Shown: piece by piece, positions 52,508 to 64,000 of the stretch
Layout of the letters: the number at the start of each line of letters is the position of its first letter
Numbering within the stretch: the first letter of the stretch is position 1
The notes under the pieces: model-generated
Databases searched by the model: none
The model's input: only the letters and a program-made list of their open reading frames with translations
What the model was told of the DNA's origin: nothing
Source of the DNA: Camelus ferus
Taxonomy: Eukaryota
Direction of reading: 5' to 3'
DNA: 64,000 nucleotides
NCBI RefSeq assembly: GCF_009834535.1
Contig: NC_045696.1
Coordinates: forward strand, 86,306,001-86,370,000
Position numbers and translations under genes: made by a program

Positions 52508-53852
52508 GTAGGTCCCTAGCCAAAGTTTGGATAAGACCATGGGAGGATATATACAACTGTGTAGTTCCTTCCTGGAGGAAACAGTGTTTGATTTGAAACA
52601 TTAAGGCTGAGGAGAAGTGTATACTTCCTGTGTATAGATAGATAATTTACACTAGAAGGAGCAAAGCAGAATATTGCATACAAAGGGAAGGAAAAAAAGT
52701 ATTAAAGCATGGCTTTCTTTTTTAGAAGTTGCAGCTATTTGGGTATGGTGTAAAATGGGTTTGTGAAGAAATGGAGGGATAAGAAGCTATAAAGTAAACA
52801 ATCTTGAAGCGTGAAGGGTCATGTGAAGAAACTTAGATTTTCCCTTAAGTTTATAAGGAAATATTTAATGTGTTTAGTCAAGACAGACGTATGATTCAAG
52901 TTGTGTTCATGTAAGCTAAGTAACATTTTTGTAAATGTAATAATGTTAGGTTCCATATTGTGAAGCCTTACTTTTTCATAGACTGAGTAATCTAGTCAGA
53001 ACAATGTGCCAGCCTTTTAAGGAAAAACAGCCTAAGGTTTCATGGGTAATAAATGAAATTACGGTAATTTTTGTAATTGTTTTTATATGCCCTATTTTCT
53101 CAATGACAAATTTATTGCCAGGATTTTTCAAGCGTCATGCAAATGCATCAGATTGGTGTAACCTAAATGTGGTAAATGTTAACAAAGGACATTAGAAAAT
53201 TGATTGATAGGACAGAATTCAATAATAAAAAAGACCTAGTTTTAATTTCCATTATATATTCAGAAACCAGAGGGTAGCATTTTTAATCTTAGGATATAGG
53301 AAAATTGGTCATTTTGATTTTCACATCTTCCTAAATTTTAGTAAAGTGTGTATGTTTATTAAATCATATATATATATATGCATACTTATGCAATATTAAT
53401 AAATCTCAAAATTGTTAGCCCTTAGTTGGCTATTAGTTTTAGGTTAAGAATTGCCTTCAAATATATAATGTCAAATAAAAATTGGTATCATTAATCTGTA
53501 AGTAGTAGTTAATGGAATTCTTTACTTATGTAGCACTTAATCCTAAAATATGAAGTGATTTTTAAATATTTCTAAGGAGCTAATCTTCCTAGAGAAACTA
53601 GTAACATATTTAAAGTTTATAAGAATAACAGTTCTTCCACAGTGACACTAATATAGTACCACTGGTGAGCCTATAATATGGAAAAACTAATTTAGGGAAA
53701 ATGAACTGACTGGCAATCAATAATTTGACCCCAAACAAATGAAACATCTTTGGATGACAATTATTCAATGAAAGGGAACAGATGAACAACTTAATCCCGT
53801 TTTCAAACTGTAATACATTCTCTCAGTCCACGGGTTGTTGTGCATGCTTATA

Positions 53853-54277
53853 TGTGAAGTTGTTTAAGAACAAAGAATGTCGCCTGCCATAGTAGTAAAC
53901 AAAGGATAGTGTGGTCATCAAGCCATCAGCTACTGCAATAAGACTTGACTGTGAACCCGAGGGGATTCAGGATGGAGAAAAACAGGACGGACACTGGCCC
54001 TAGATAGTTAAAGTACATATCAAAGAAATGATTTCAATGATCCCAGAATCTTGCATCTTCTAATACATAGGAAAGTGCTAAATTCATTAACTCTGGATGC
54101 CTGGATTTCTTATTTAACAGTAACTATCTTTTGATGCTCCAACTACATGTTTTTGTTGCAAAATTATATATCTTGGCTCCACCTTACCTCTTTAGACCAG
54201 GCCCTCAGAGCTATTTGAGAGGCTTAAGTCCTTAGCAAGTCCTCTGAATAAAATGTAATTCTTATTTTTAGTGGACA
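53853..54277 (+). mobile_element. ERV1 5' LTR (LTR39/MER34-like)
   Basis: TG...CA termini; AATAAA at ~54247; 'gccctcagagctatttgagaggc' motif; immediately followed by a PBS. Confidence 0.85.
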
Positions 54278-54281
54278 GTTC

Positions 54282-54299
54282 TGGTGACCATGAAGAGAC
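54282..54299 (+). promoter_or_regulatory. Primer binding site, tRNA-Arg type
   Basis: TGGTGACCATGAAGAGAC versus recalled TGGCGACCACGAAGGGAC; two of three mismatches are CpG transitions. Confidence 0.75.
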
Positions 54300-54744
54300 C
54301 CAAAGCAGACTTACCTACTTTGCCTGAACTCTACAAGGATCTGGAGCCTGATACCAGCAGAGGTGTCTTGTGCCCATCTGCCTTCTCAGAGTCTAGATGA
54401 ATTTGGGTGAGTCTCTCTTGGTTCTTGGATCTCCTGCTTATTAGTTGATGATCCTGAGTTTTATTTGGCAGTGTATAACATGTGTCAGACTTGCCAGTTG
54501 AAAGGTACTGGGGGAATCCAGCTGAAACACACTGGGAAAAAGTACCCCCAGCTGAGTGGTACTTGGGGAGATGACTAAACGACACAAGGAGAAAGCTTCC
54601 CCCTCAGTTGAAAGACACTGGGATTTACTCAGTTGAAGGATACTGAGCAGTCTGGGCTCAGTGGTTAGGGAGGAGGCTTGCCTGACATCTTTCCTTCAAT
54701 TAGCTACCTTAAGAATTTGTCAAGATAAAAGTGAAAATATTACA

Positions 54745-57700
54745 GGAGAAGATCAGCCAAGACAGCAGAGTAGAAAGACCCTGAGCTCACCTCCTCTGCT
54801 GAGCACACCAAAATAACAGCTCTCTGCAGAACAGCCATGTGAGTGAAAAAGGCTGAAACTTACCGGAAAAGATCTTCTACATCTAAATACATAAGGAACC
54901 ACAATGAGAGAGGTAGATACATGATAATCATGACCCATAGCCCATGACTCACAAACTGGAGAATAATTATATTGCAGAGGTTCTCCCACAGGAATGCGAG
55001 TTCTGAGCCCCATATCAGGCTCCCCACCCTTGGCATCCTTCACTGGGAAGATGAACGCCAGAGTATTTGGTTTTGAAGGCCAGTGGGGAATAATTTTGGG
55101 AGCCCCACAGAACTGGAGAAAATAGAGACTTCACTCTTAAAAGAGGCACACAAAATCTCATGTGCACCAGAAACCAGGGCAAAAGCAGTAGTTTGATAGG
55201 AGCCTGGGCCAGACCTACCTGCTGGTCTGGAGAGACCCCCAGAGAGGTAGGGGGTGGCTGTGGCTCACCTGGGCACATAGACACTAGCGGCAGCCATATT
55301 TTGGAACATTCTACCATATGAACAGTGCTATTGGCAGCTGCATTTTGGGATCCTCCCTTTAGCTCATTATTGCCAAGATCTGGCCTCACCCAACAGCCTG
55401 TAGGAGCCAGTGCTGTGATGCCTGATGCCAAACAGCTAACTGGGTGGGGACAGAGCCCCACCCACAGCAGACAGGCTGCCTAGAAACTTCTTGAGCCCAC
55501 AGCCACCTCCAGACATGGCTTTGCACACCAGAGTGTCAAAGCCCAGCTCCACCCATCGGTGGCAGGCACTGGCTGTCCCTCCAGGAATCCTGCACTAGCA
55601 CCTAGACCAGCCTCACCCATCAGGGGGGCAGACATTAGGTGTAAGAAAACTATGATCCCGCAGCGTACAGACCCAGCATACCCACAGTAGGCTAGACCCT
55701 ACCCTGGGACCAGCTGGGCTTTGGCCCTGTCCACTAGCAGGCCAATGCAAGCTTCACAACAACCCTGAACCCGTGCCCAATTGTGTCAGGAACCCCTCCA
55801 TGCAAATGATCTGAGATGAGCTATGAGGTGCCTGGGCCCTGCAGCCAGACTCCAGGAACCAGCTCTGCTGGCCAGTAGTCCAGCACTAACCCTAGGACCT
55901 GGCTTCACCTGCTTTAAGTGGGGAACAGCCCTGGAGTCTTTGGGATCCCACCTGTGCCCACCACTGAGCCCACACTAGCCTCAGAACCCCCCGGGGCTCT
56001 GCAGTCAGCTGACTCATGAACAGGACCTGCTAAACAGCAGCCAGCAGCATACGCACAAGGCAGGGCCCAGCAGCCAACTGAGTTATGGGCCAACTAAGCC
56101 TACCAGACCACCTGCGTAGTCAGCCCCCCACAAGAGGACCCATGCAGCCCTCTAAAAGGGAACCCCTAGAGCCTCTAGCTTGGGTAACAAGAGGGGAGTA
56201 CACTGCTGGTATGAATAGGATATCCTCTACAGAAGGCCACTTATCCAAGGTCAGGAAATGTAACTAACCTACTACATAGATAAAAATACAAATAGCAGCT
56301 TAGACAAAATGAGGCAGCAGAAGAACATGGTCCAGATGAAGGGAAAAGATAAAACCCCAGAAGAACTAAGTGAAGTAAAGATAGGCAATACACCCAAGAA
56401 AGAATTCAGAGTAATGATCATAAAGGTGATCGAAGAACGCAGAAGAAAAATGGATGCACAGAGCAAGAAGTTAGAAGTTTTTAACAAAGAGACCTCTGGG
56501 ACAACATCAAGCACGCTAATATTTGCATTATAGGGGTCCCAGAAGGAGAAGAGAGAGGGAAAGGATCTGAGAAGATATTTGAAGAGGTAATAGCTAAAAT
56601 TTTCCCTAAGCTAGGGAAGGAACTAGTCACTGAGGTCCAGGAAGTGCAGAGTCCAACACAGGATTATGTTGTCATTAAAATTACAAGTATTTGATATTTG
56701 TGTATATTAAAAGAAGCAAGGAAAAGCAACAAATAACATACAAAGGAACTCCTATCAGCTGGTTTTTCAGCAGAAACTCTGCAGTCCAGTGGCATGATAT
56801 ATTTAAAATGATAAAGGGGAAAAAATCCTATACCCAAGAATACTCTACCCAGCACGGCTTTTGTGCAGATTTGTTGGAGAAATCAAAAGCTTTCTTTACA
56901 GAGAAGCAAAAGCTGAAAGAGCTCAGCACCAAACCAGCTTTAAAACACGTGTTAAAGGAAACTCTCTAAGCAAAGAATAGGTCAAAACTAGAAACAAGAA
57001 AATTGTGAAATGAAAAAGCTCACCAGTTAAGGCAAACATACAATAAAGGTAGGAAATCATCCACAAACAAAGCCAGCAGAGGGGCTGAAAGACAGAAGTA
57101 GTAAAAATCATCTGTATCCACAATAAGCAGTTAAGGGATTCACAAAACAATTAAATGTAAAATGTGATATCAAAGCAGTAATTGTGAGGGGAGGAAAGTA
57201 CAAATACAGGGTATTTAAATTGCATTTGAAATTAAGAGATCAGCAACTTAAAACAATCACATTTATATATTTATAGACTGGTATACAAAAACCTCATGGT
57301 AACCACAGAAAGAAAATCTAGGTATATACACACACACAAAAGGAACCCAAACATAACACTAAAGATGGACATCAAATCACAAAAGAAGGAAACAAAAGAA
57401 GATAGGGGAAAAAAAGATCTACAAAAATGAATGCAAAATGATCAACAAAAGGGCATTAAGAATATACATACTGATAATTATCTTAAATGTGAGCAGGATA
57501 AATGCTCCAACCAAAAGAATGATTGAATGAATACAAAAACAAAACCCATATATATGCTGCCTACAAGACACTAACTTTAGATCTATTGAGGGACTGGAAA
57601 AAGGTATTCCCTGCACGTGGGAATCAAAAGAAAGCTGCAACGGCAATACTTATAACAGACAAAATAGACTAAATAAAGACTGTCACTACCTAATGATCAG

Positions 57701-60357
57701 AAGATCAATCTATTAAGAAAATATAACAATTATAAATATATGGCTCAACAAAGGAGCACCTCAATATATAAAGCAAATATTAACAGATATAAAAGGAGAA
57801 ATCAACAGTAACACAATAATAGTAGGGGAGTTAAACACCTCATGCACATCATTGGAGAGAGAATCAATAAACACAGGTCTTAAAATGACAAACATTAGTC
57901 AAATGGACTTGATAGATACAGAATGTCTCATCTGAAAGCAGCAGAATACACATTCTTTTAAAGTACACATGGAATATTCTCCAGGATAGACCACATGCTA
58001 AGCCACAAAACAAGCCTGAGTAATGTAAGAAAACTGAAATAATATTAAGCATCTTTTCTGGCCACATTGCTATAAGACTACAAATCAACTACAAGAAAAA
58101 AATACCTGCAAAAAGACAAATGTAGAGGTTAAATAATATGCAACTAAACAACCAGTGGATTACTGAATAAAATAAAGAGGAAATCAAAAAATACCAAAAA
58201 AATTTCAGAGTAAGGAACATTTCTGAACTCATCTATGAGGCCATCATCATCCTAATACCAAAATCAGTAAGAAAGGTATCACAAAGAAAGAAAGAAAGAA
58301 AGAAAGAAGAAAGAAAACCATAGGCCAGTATCACTGATGACCATAGGTGCAAAAATTCTCAACAAAATGACTCCAACACTACATTACAAGGGTCGTACAC
58401 CATGATCAAACAGGGATTTATCCCAGGGATGCAAGGATTTTTCAGTGTCTGGAAATCAATACATGTGATACACCACATCAACAAATTGAAGAATAAAAAT
58501 CAGTTGATCATCTGTCTCAACAGATGTAGAGAAAACCTTTGATAAAGTTCATCATACATTTATCATAAAAACTCTTCAGAAAGTGGACATAGAGGGAACA
58601 TGCCTCAACATAATGCAGGCCATATATGACAAACCCACAACTAACATACTGAAAGGTGAAAAGCATTTCCTGTAAGATCAGGAACAAGACAAGGATACAC
58701 ACACTTGCCACTTTTATTCAACATAGTATTGGAAGTCCTAGTCACAACAGAGAAGCAAAAGAAATAAATATAAATTGGAAAGGGAGAAATAAAACTGTCA
58801 CTGTTTACAGATGACATAACACTATATATAGAAAATCCTAAAGAGGCTACCAGAAAACTACTAGAGCTCATCAATGAATTCAGTAAAGTTGCCAAATACA
58901 AAATTAATGTACAGAAATTTGTTGCATTTATGTACACTAAGAACAAAGTATTAGAAAGAGAAATTAAGGAAACAATCCCATCTACCACTGCATCAAAAAG
59001 AATAAAATACCTAGGAATAAACTTACCTAATGAGGCAAAAGACCTCTACTCTGAAAACTACAAGATATCAATGAAAGAAATGGAGGATGATGCAAACAGA
59101 GGGGAAGATATACTGTGTTCTTGGATTGGAAGAACTGGTGTTGTTAAGATGACTGTACTACCCAAGGAAATCTACACATTCAAAGCAATCCCTCTCAAAT
59201 TACCAATGGCATTTTTCACAGAAGTTTAATTTTTCTTTAATTTTTATGGAAACCAAAAGGCCCCAAATAGCCAAAACAGTCTCTATATACAAGAATAGAA
59301 CTAGTGGAATCAGGCTCCCTGACTTCAGACTGTACTACAAAGCTACAGTAATCAAAACAGTATGATACTGGCACAAAAAGAGATACATAGCTCAATGGAA
59401 CAGGATAGAGGGTCCAAAAATAAGCCTGCACACTTTTGTTCAGTTAATTTAGTACAAAGGAGGCAAGAATGTACAACGGAGAAAAGACAGTCTCTTCAAT
59501 AAGTGGTTCTGAAACTACTGGACAGCTACATGTAAAAAATGAACTTAGAACATTCTCTAACGTCATAAACAAAAATAAACTCAAAGTGGATTAAAGCCCT
59601 AAATGTAAGTAAGACCAGATACCCTCAAACTCATAAAGTAAAACACAGAACACTTTTTGACATAAATTGTAGCAATATTTTTTTGGATCCATCTCCTAAA
59701 GCAAAGGAAATAAAAGCAAAAATAGTAAACATGACCTAATTAAACTTAAAAGCTTTTTGCACAGCAAAAGAAACCATGGCCAAAATGAAAAGACAGCCTA
59801 TTGAATGGGAAAAAATATTTGCAAATTATATGACCAATGAGGGATAAACATCCAACATATATAAACAGCTTGTATGACTCAACATCAAAAAACAACCTGA
59901 TTTTTAAAAATGGCAGAAGAACTGAGTAGACTCTTTATAAAGAGGAAACACAGATGGCCATAAGGTCCATGAAAAGATGCTCAATATCATTAAACATCAG
60001 GGAAATGCAAATCAAAAACATAATCACCTCACATCAGTCAGAATAACTGTCATCAAAAAGAACACAAATAACAAGTGTGGGAAAAGATGTGGAGAAACAG
60101 AACCCTCGTACACTGCTGGGAATATAAATTTATGAAACTGCTGGAAAATAGTATGGAAGTTGCTCATAAAACTAAAAATAGAACTACCATGTGACCTAAC
60201 AGTTATACTCCTGTGTATATATCTGGGCAGGGGGAAAAACACTAATTTGAAAAGATACATGCACCCTCATGTTCCTGGCAGCATTACTCACAATTGCCAA
60301 GATATGGAAGTAAACCTAAGTGTTCATCAGTAGATGAATGGATAAAGAAGACATGGC

Positions 60358-60398
<41 letters not shown>

Positions 60399-60785
60399 TA
60401 CATATACATACACACATACATGCACATGCAATGGAATACTACTCAGTCATAAAAAGAACAAAATGTTGCATTTTACAGCAACATAGAGGGCATTATGTTA
60501 AGTGAAATAAGTCAGAGAAAGACATACTGTATAATACCACTTATATATGGAACCTAAAAAATACAAAAAAGTGGTGAATATAACAAAAAAGCAGCAGACT
60601 CACAGGTATAGAGAAAAAGCTAGTGGTTACCATTGTGGGGAGCAATATAGTGGTGGGGGAGTGGGAGGTATAAGTTATTAGGTGTAAGATAGGCTACAAC
60701 GATGTATTGTACAACACAAGGAATACAGTCAATATTTTGCATTACCTAAACAGAGTGCAACCTTTAAAAATTGTATACAAAAAAG
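54745..60785 (+). mobile_element. Near-full-length decayed LINE-1 (5' UTR, ORF1, ORF2 with internal deletion, 3' UTR)
   Basis: 5' start ggagaagatcagccaaga; GC-rich UTR; ORF1 MRQQKNMVQMK...KEFRVMIIK, ITYKGTPI; ORF2 [10 protein letters not shown]; jump near 58200 from post-endonuclease region to the RT N-terminus. Confidence 0.95.
60358..60430. repeat. (TA)n(CA)n microsatellite inside L1
   Basis: Directly visible. Confidence 0.9.
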
Positions 60786-61390
60786 TACATGAGAGCATTG
60801 AGCTCTTGCAGGAGTGGTGGAGTTAAGTCCTCATACCTTGTAGCTGTCCCTAAAGGGAAACCCCCTCATTTTAAGTAACGAAAACACTTTGTGGAGGACA
60901 TGCATAAGAAATGGCCATTTATGATCTGAGCAGCCATAGTGGTTATACGACCAGAGGGGGAAACTGGGATGTGGAAAAGGAGCTGAAATAACTCTAGGGT
61001 AAAGACCTAGGCAAGTAAGCTCACAAGCAGCACACCAGCCCATCACACAAGTTCACCAGTAAATTTTATCCCCGACAATTTTAACTTTAATATAGGAAAT
61101 AGAGTCTCTCAAACAGAAAAACAAGGGGTGTTAAAAAGCCAAAACAGACTAACACCCAGCCAGATGCACACTCCTAAGGAGCTTCTGTTTGCGAATACCT
61201 ACTTAAAGGAGATCTCAACCTAAAATGACCAATATAGGGCTCTTTTGTTGCAGATGAGGTAAAATCAGAAAAAGCCAGCTTGATAAAAAAGCTTTTCAGA
61301 ATTCTGACCTTAAAGAAGTCAGTCCTTCTAGAGGAACCTGCATTTCTCTTCCTGTCTTTGAGATACAAACATTCTACTTGATCTTTCGGG

Positions 61391-61392
<2 letters not shown>

Positions 61393-61436
<44 letters not shown>
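61393..61436. repeat. Perfect (GT)22 microsatellite
   Basis: Directly visible. Confidence 0.97.
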
Positions 61437-61439
<3 letters not shown>

Positions 61440-62109
61440 GAAAACTTGATCTCTTGCCATCTGGAAGTACACACATGGTGTACATTTGGCAGCCAATTAA
61501 ATAAACTGAGATTCTGAGCAATCTTTCATCTGACTGTGCCAACTATCAGGGGCATTTTTGGTCATTTTAACCTCCCTTGCATCAGTCTGTACAACAAGGG
61601 CCTTTACTTTTTTTAGACTTTTTTTTTGGTAATAAACTTTCTAGATCTTGTGAAGGCTACATCCTTCACACTCTCTTGTGAGAATGCCTCTTGCGTCATA
61701 CTGGTTTGAGTCACTAGTAAGATACATCTTGTTAATGGCCAGATGATGGATCCTTTAAACTGAAGAAACTTCTAAACTGATAAAATTTTAAAGAGCTCTC
61801 ATTATAAACAGCTGTTTTATTGGTACTTATGGAAAAAAATTAGGTTGAGATATAATGGTTAACCTAAGAACTCCTTTAGTTTAAAACAAAAACTGTTTAA
61901 GAAGCTTTGTGGCCTCAGCTTCCCTTCATTGGGCCTTTTAGATGCTAATAAAAACATTAGCATAATTCATGTTAATTAGGTTAATTAACAGCAAAGTAAA
62001 AAAAACTGAAGGGAAAATCTAGAGAATTTTTCCCAATAATGTAGAAATTTTAAAGGAACTTGTTCTGAAAGGATAAAGAAATCTCTAGTTGGTTATTAAA
62101 AAATGGGAT

Positions 62110-62268
62110 ACCCTGGTAGACAGCTGCAAACTCATGAGAGAACTTGAGCCAGAGGCACCTGGCTAAGCCAGGCTCAAATTTCTGACCACAGAAACTGAGC
62201 GATAATAAGTACTGTTCAAATCACTAAGTTCTGGGATAATTTGTCACACAGTAATAGATCCTAAAATA
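62110..62268 (+). mobile_element. MLT1 (F/G-like) LTR 3' part
   Basis: 'cacagaaactgagcgataataag...cactaagttctgggataatttgtcacacagtaatagat'. Confidence 0.75.
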
Positions 62269-62269
62269 T

Positions 62270-63680
62270 TACCCAAGGCCAGGGGAAGAACCACCCAAAA
62301 TGATTAGAGGGGTAAATCATCAGAGCTCACACAGGACCAGAAATAGTTCCTATTCCCAACAGCTAGAACAGAAAGCCTCACAAGCCATGGGGCACTGTGG
62401 AATACTCAAAGTGGTTTTGTTTCATATATGGAGCAGAATTAGCTCTAGATTAAACACTGTTCTGATTTTACCTACCAAAGCCTATAAGCTAGTCTTCAAA
62501 AGATTAAAACATTTCCAAGTAACTTAACTGCATCCCAGAATAAATCTCAGAAATATTTACAGGAATTTTAAAATATGCAACACCCAAAACTCAGTTTCTA
62601 GCATTTTGTGAAAAATTATCAACCATGTAAAGAGGTAGGAAAATATGAACCATACAAAGAGAAAAAATGAATTGCACTGACCCAAAAATGACACAGATGA
62701 CATAATTAGTATATAAGGACATTAAAGTAGTTGTTATAATTGCATTCCAAAGAGGAAACTTTGTATATATTAAGAGACATGGAAATTACAAAAAAGACCC
62801 AAATCAAACTTCTAGATATGAAAACTGCAGGGTCTAAAATAAAAAATACACTGAACAATGCATAAGACGACTAGTGAACTTGAAGACATAGCAATAAAAA
62901 TTATCCAAAATGACAGAAGAAAGATTATAAAAAATTAATAGAGCATCAGTGAAACAACCTCAAGCAGTCCAATATACATGATATTGGAGTCCCCAAAGTG
63001 GAGGAGAAAGAAGGAAAGATAGAAAAAAATCTTGAAAAAGTGGTCAAAAAAATTTCAAATCTGATGAAAAATATAAATCTAAAGATCCAAGAAACTAAAT
63101 GAACCCTAATGGAAACATAATGAAAAATTCACCAAGGCACAACGTAATCAAATTGCTTATAACTACTGAAAAAATTTAAACCAACCAAGACAGGGTAGTG
63201 GTGATCACTGTATAATGTATAGAAATATTGAATCACTATGTTGTGCACCAGGAACACAATTGTAAGTCAATTATACTTCAAAAACAAACTCTTAGAAAAA
63301 GAGATCAGAGTTGTGATTATCAGAGGTAGGAATTGGGGGGAGGGGGAACTGGATGAAGATGGTCAAAAGGTACAAACATCCAGTTATAAGATAAATAATA
63401 AAATAAAAAATCGAGATGTGATGTACAACATGATTAACACAATTAACACTACTCTATGTTACATATGAAAGATGTTAGAGTAAGTCCTAAGAGTTCTTAT
63501 CACGAGAAAAATGTTTTTTTCCTTTTTATTTTGTATCTATATGAGACAACAGATGTTCACTAAACTTACTGTGGTAATCATGTCGTAATGTGTGTAAGTT
63601 AGATCATTAAGCTGTACACCCTAAGCTTATATAGTGCTGTATGTCAGTTATGTTTCAATAAAATTAGAAGAAAAGGATAA
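62270..63680 (+). mobile_element. Old L1M 5'/ORF1-region fragment followed by L1MC-type 3' ends
   Basis: 'aaagacccaaatcaaacttctagatatgaaaa', 'gtggtaatcat...aagctgtacaccctaagcttatatagtgctgtatgtcagttatgtttcaataaa'. Confidence 0.75.
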
Positions 63681-64000
63681 ATAAAAAGGACATTAATGGG
63701 ATTAAAACACGTTTTTGTAGAATACTACCTAAGGTTGGATGAGTCAAAGTGACCCACTGTTGGTCCCCAACATTAAGGGGCCCCCAAAACATCTGTTCTC
63801 TTTACCCCAGTTTAAAATATATATGTATTTCAAAGGTTGGGAGGAAAATTTCACTGAGATACTTCACCAGCAGTTGGCAGACCAATTCATCAAGTTGAAG
63901 TACTGACAGAAGGGCCTAAACCCCTTGTGTTCAACCCTCACGGGAACCCCAGGGCCTTCTATACAAAATAGATTAAATGGTTAGGGGATAAAAAGTAAGG

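Larger units (their letters stand above)
54278..62100 (+). mobile_element. ERV1 internal leader sequence (54278-~54721 and ~60786-62100), split by L1; no 3' LTR seen
   Basis: Follows LTR and PBS; MER4-group internal-like sequence resumes after the L1 tail. Confidence 0.6.

Noticed and set aside
63716..64000. Possible LTR start at the window end
   Set aside because: Starts with TG and looks LTR-like but is truncated by the window, and no family motif was recognised

Overview
Mammalian genomic DNA, AT-rich and CpG-poor, dominated by transposable elements. The L1 3' UTRs and LTR types suggest a cetartiodactyl, possibly a camelid. This is recognition from memory, not a database result. No intact, identifiable protein-coding gene is visible, and nearly all long ORFs in the track are L1 ORF1/ORF2 or ERV gag/pol fragments or their antisense shadows. 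Main contents: four large L1s, one very young with an intact ORF2 C-terminus and a perfect 16-bp TSD; three decayed class I (gamma-like) ERVs, two with tRNA-Arg PBSs and one with a 4-bp TSD; several solo LTRs; an LTR-int-LTR MLT1 (MaLR) element; a nearly full-length fossil hAT/Charlie transposase; and Tigger1/MER2/MER5 MITEs, L2 and MIR. In the unique sequence there is a series of + strand exon-like segments with canonical splice signals, including a locally duplicated proline-rich exon-like unit (16404-16515 and 21180-21287). These may belong to an unidentified gene, lncRNA or unitary pseudogene, and are the best candidate for something unannotated. I found no evidence for a novel multi-gene system. 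Repeat family names are from recalled consensus motifs, and boundaries are approximate unless a TSD is given.
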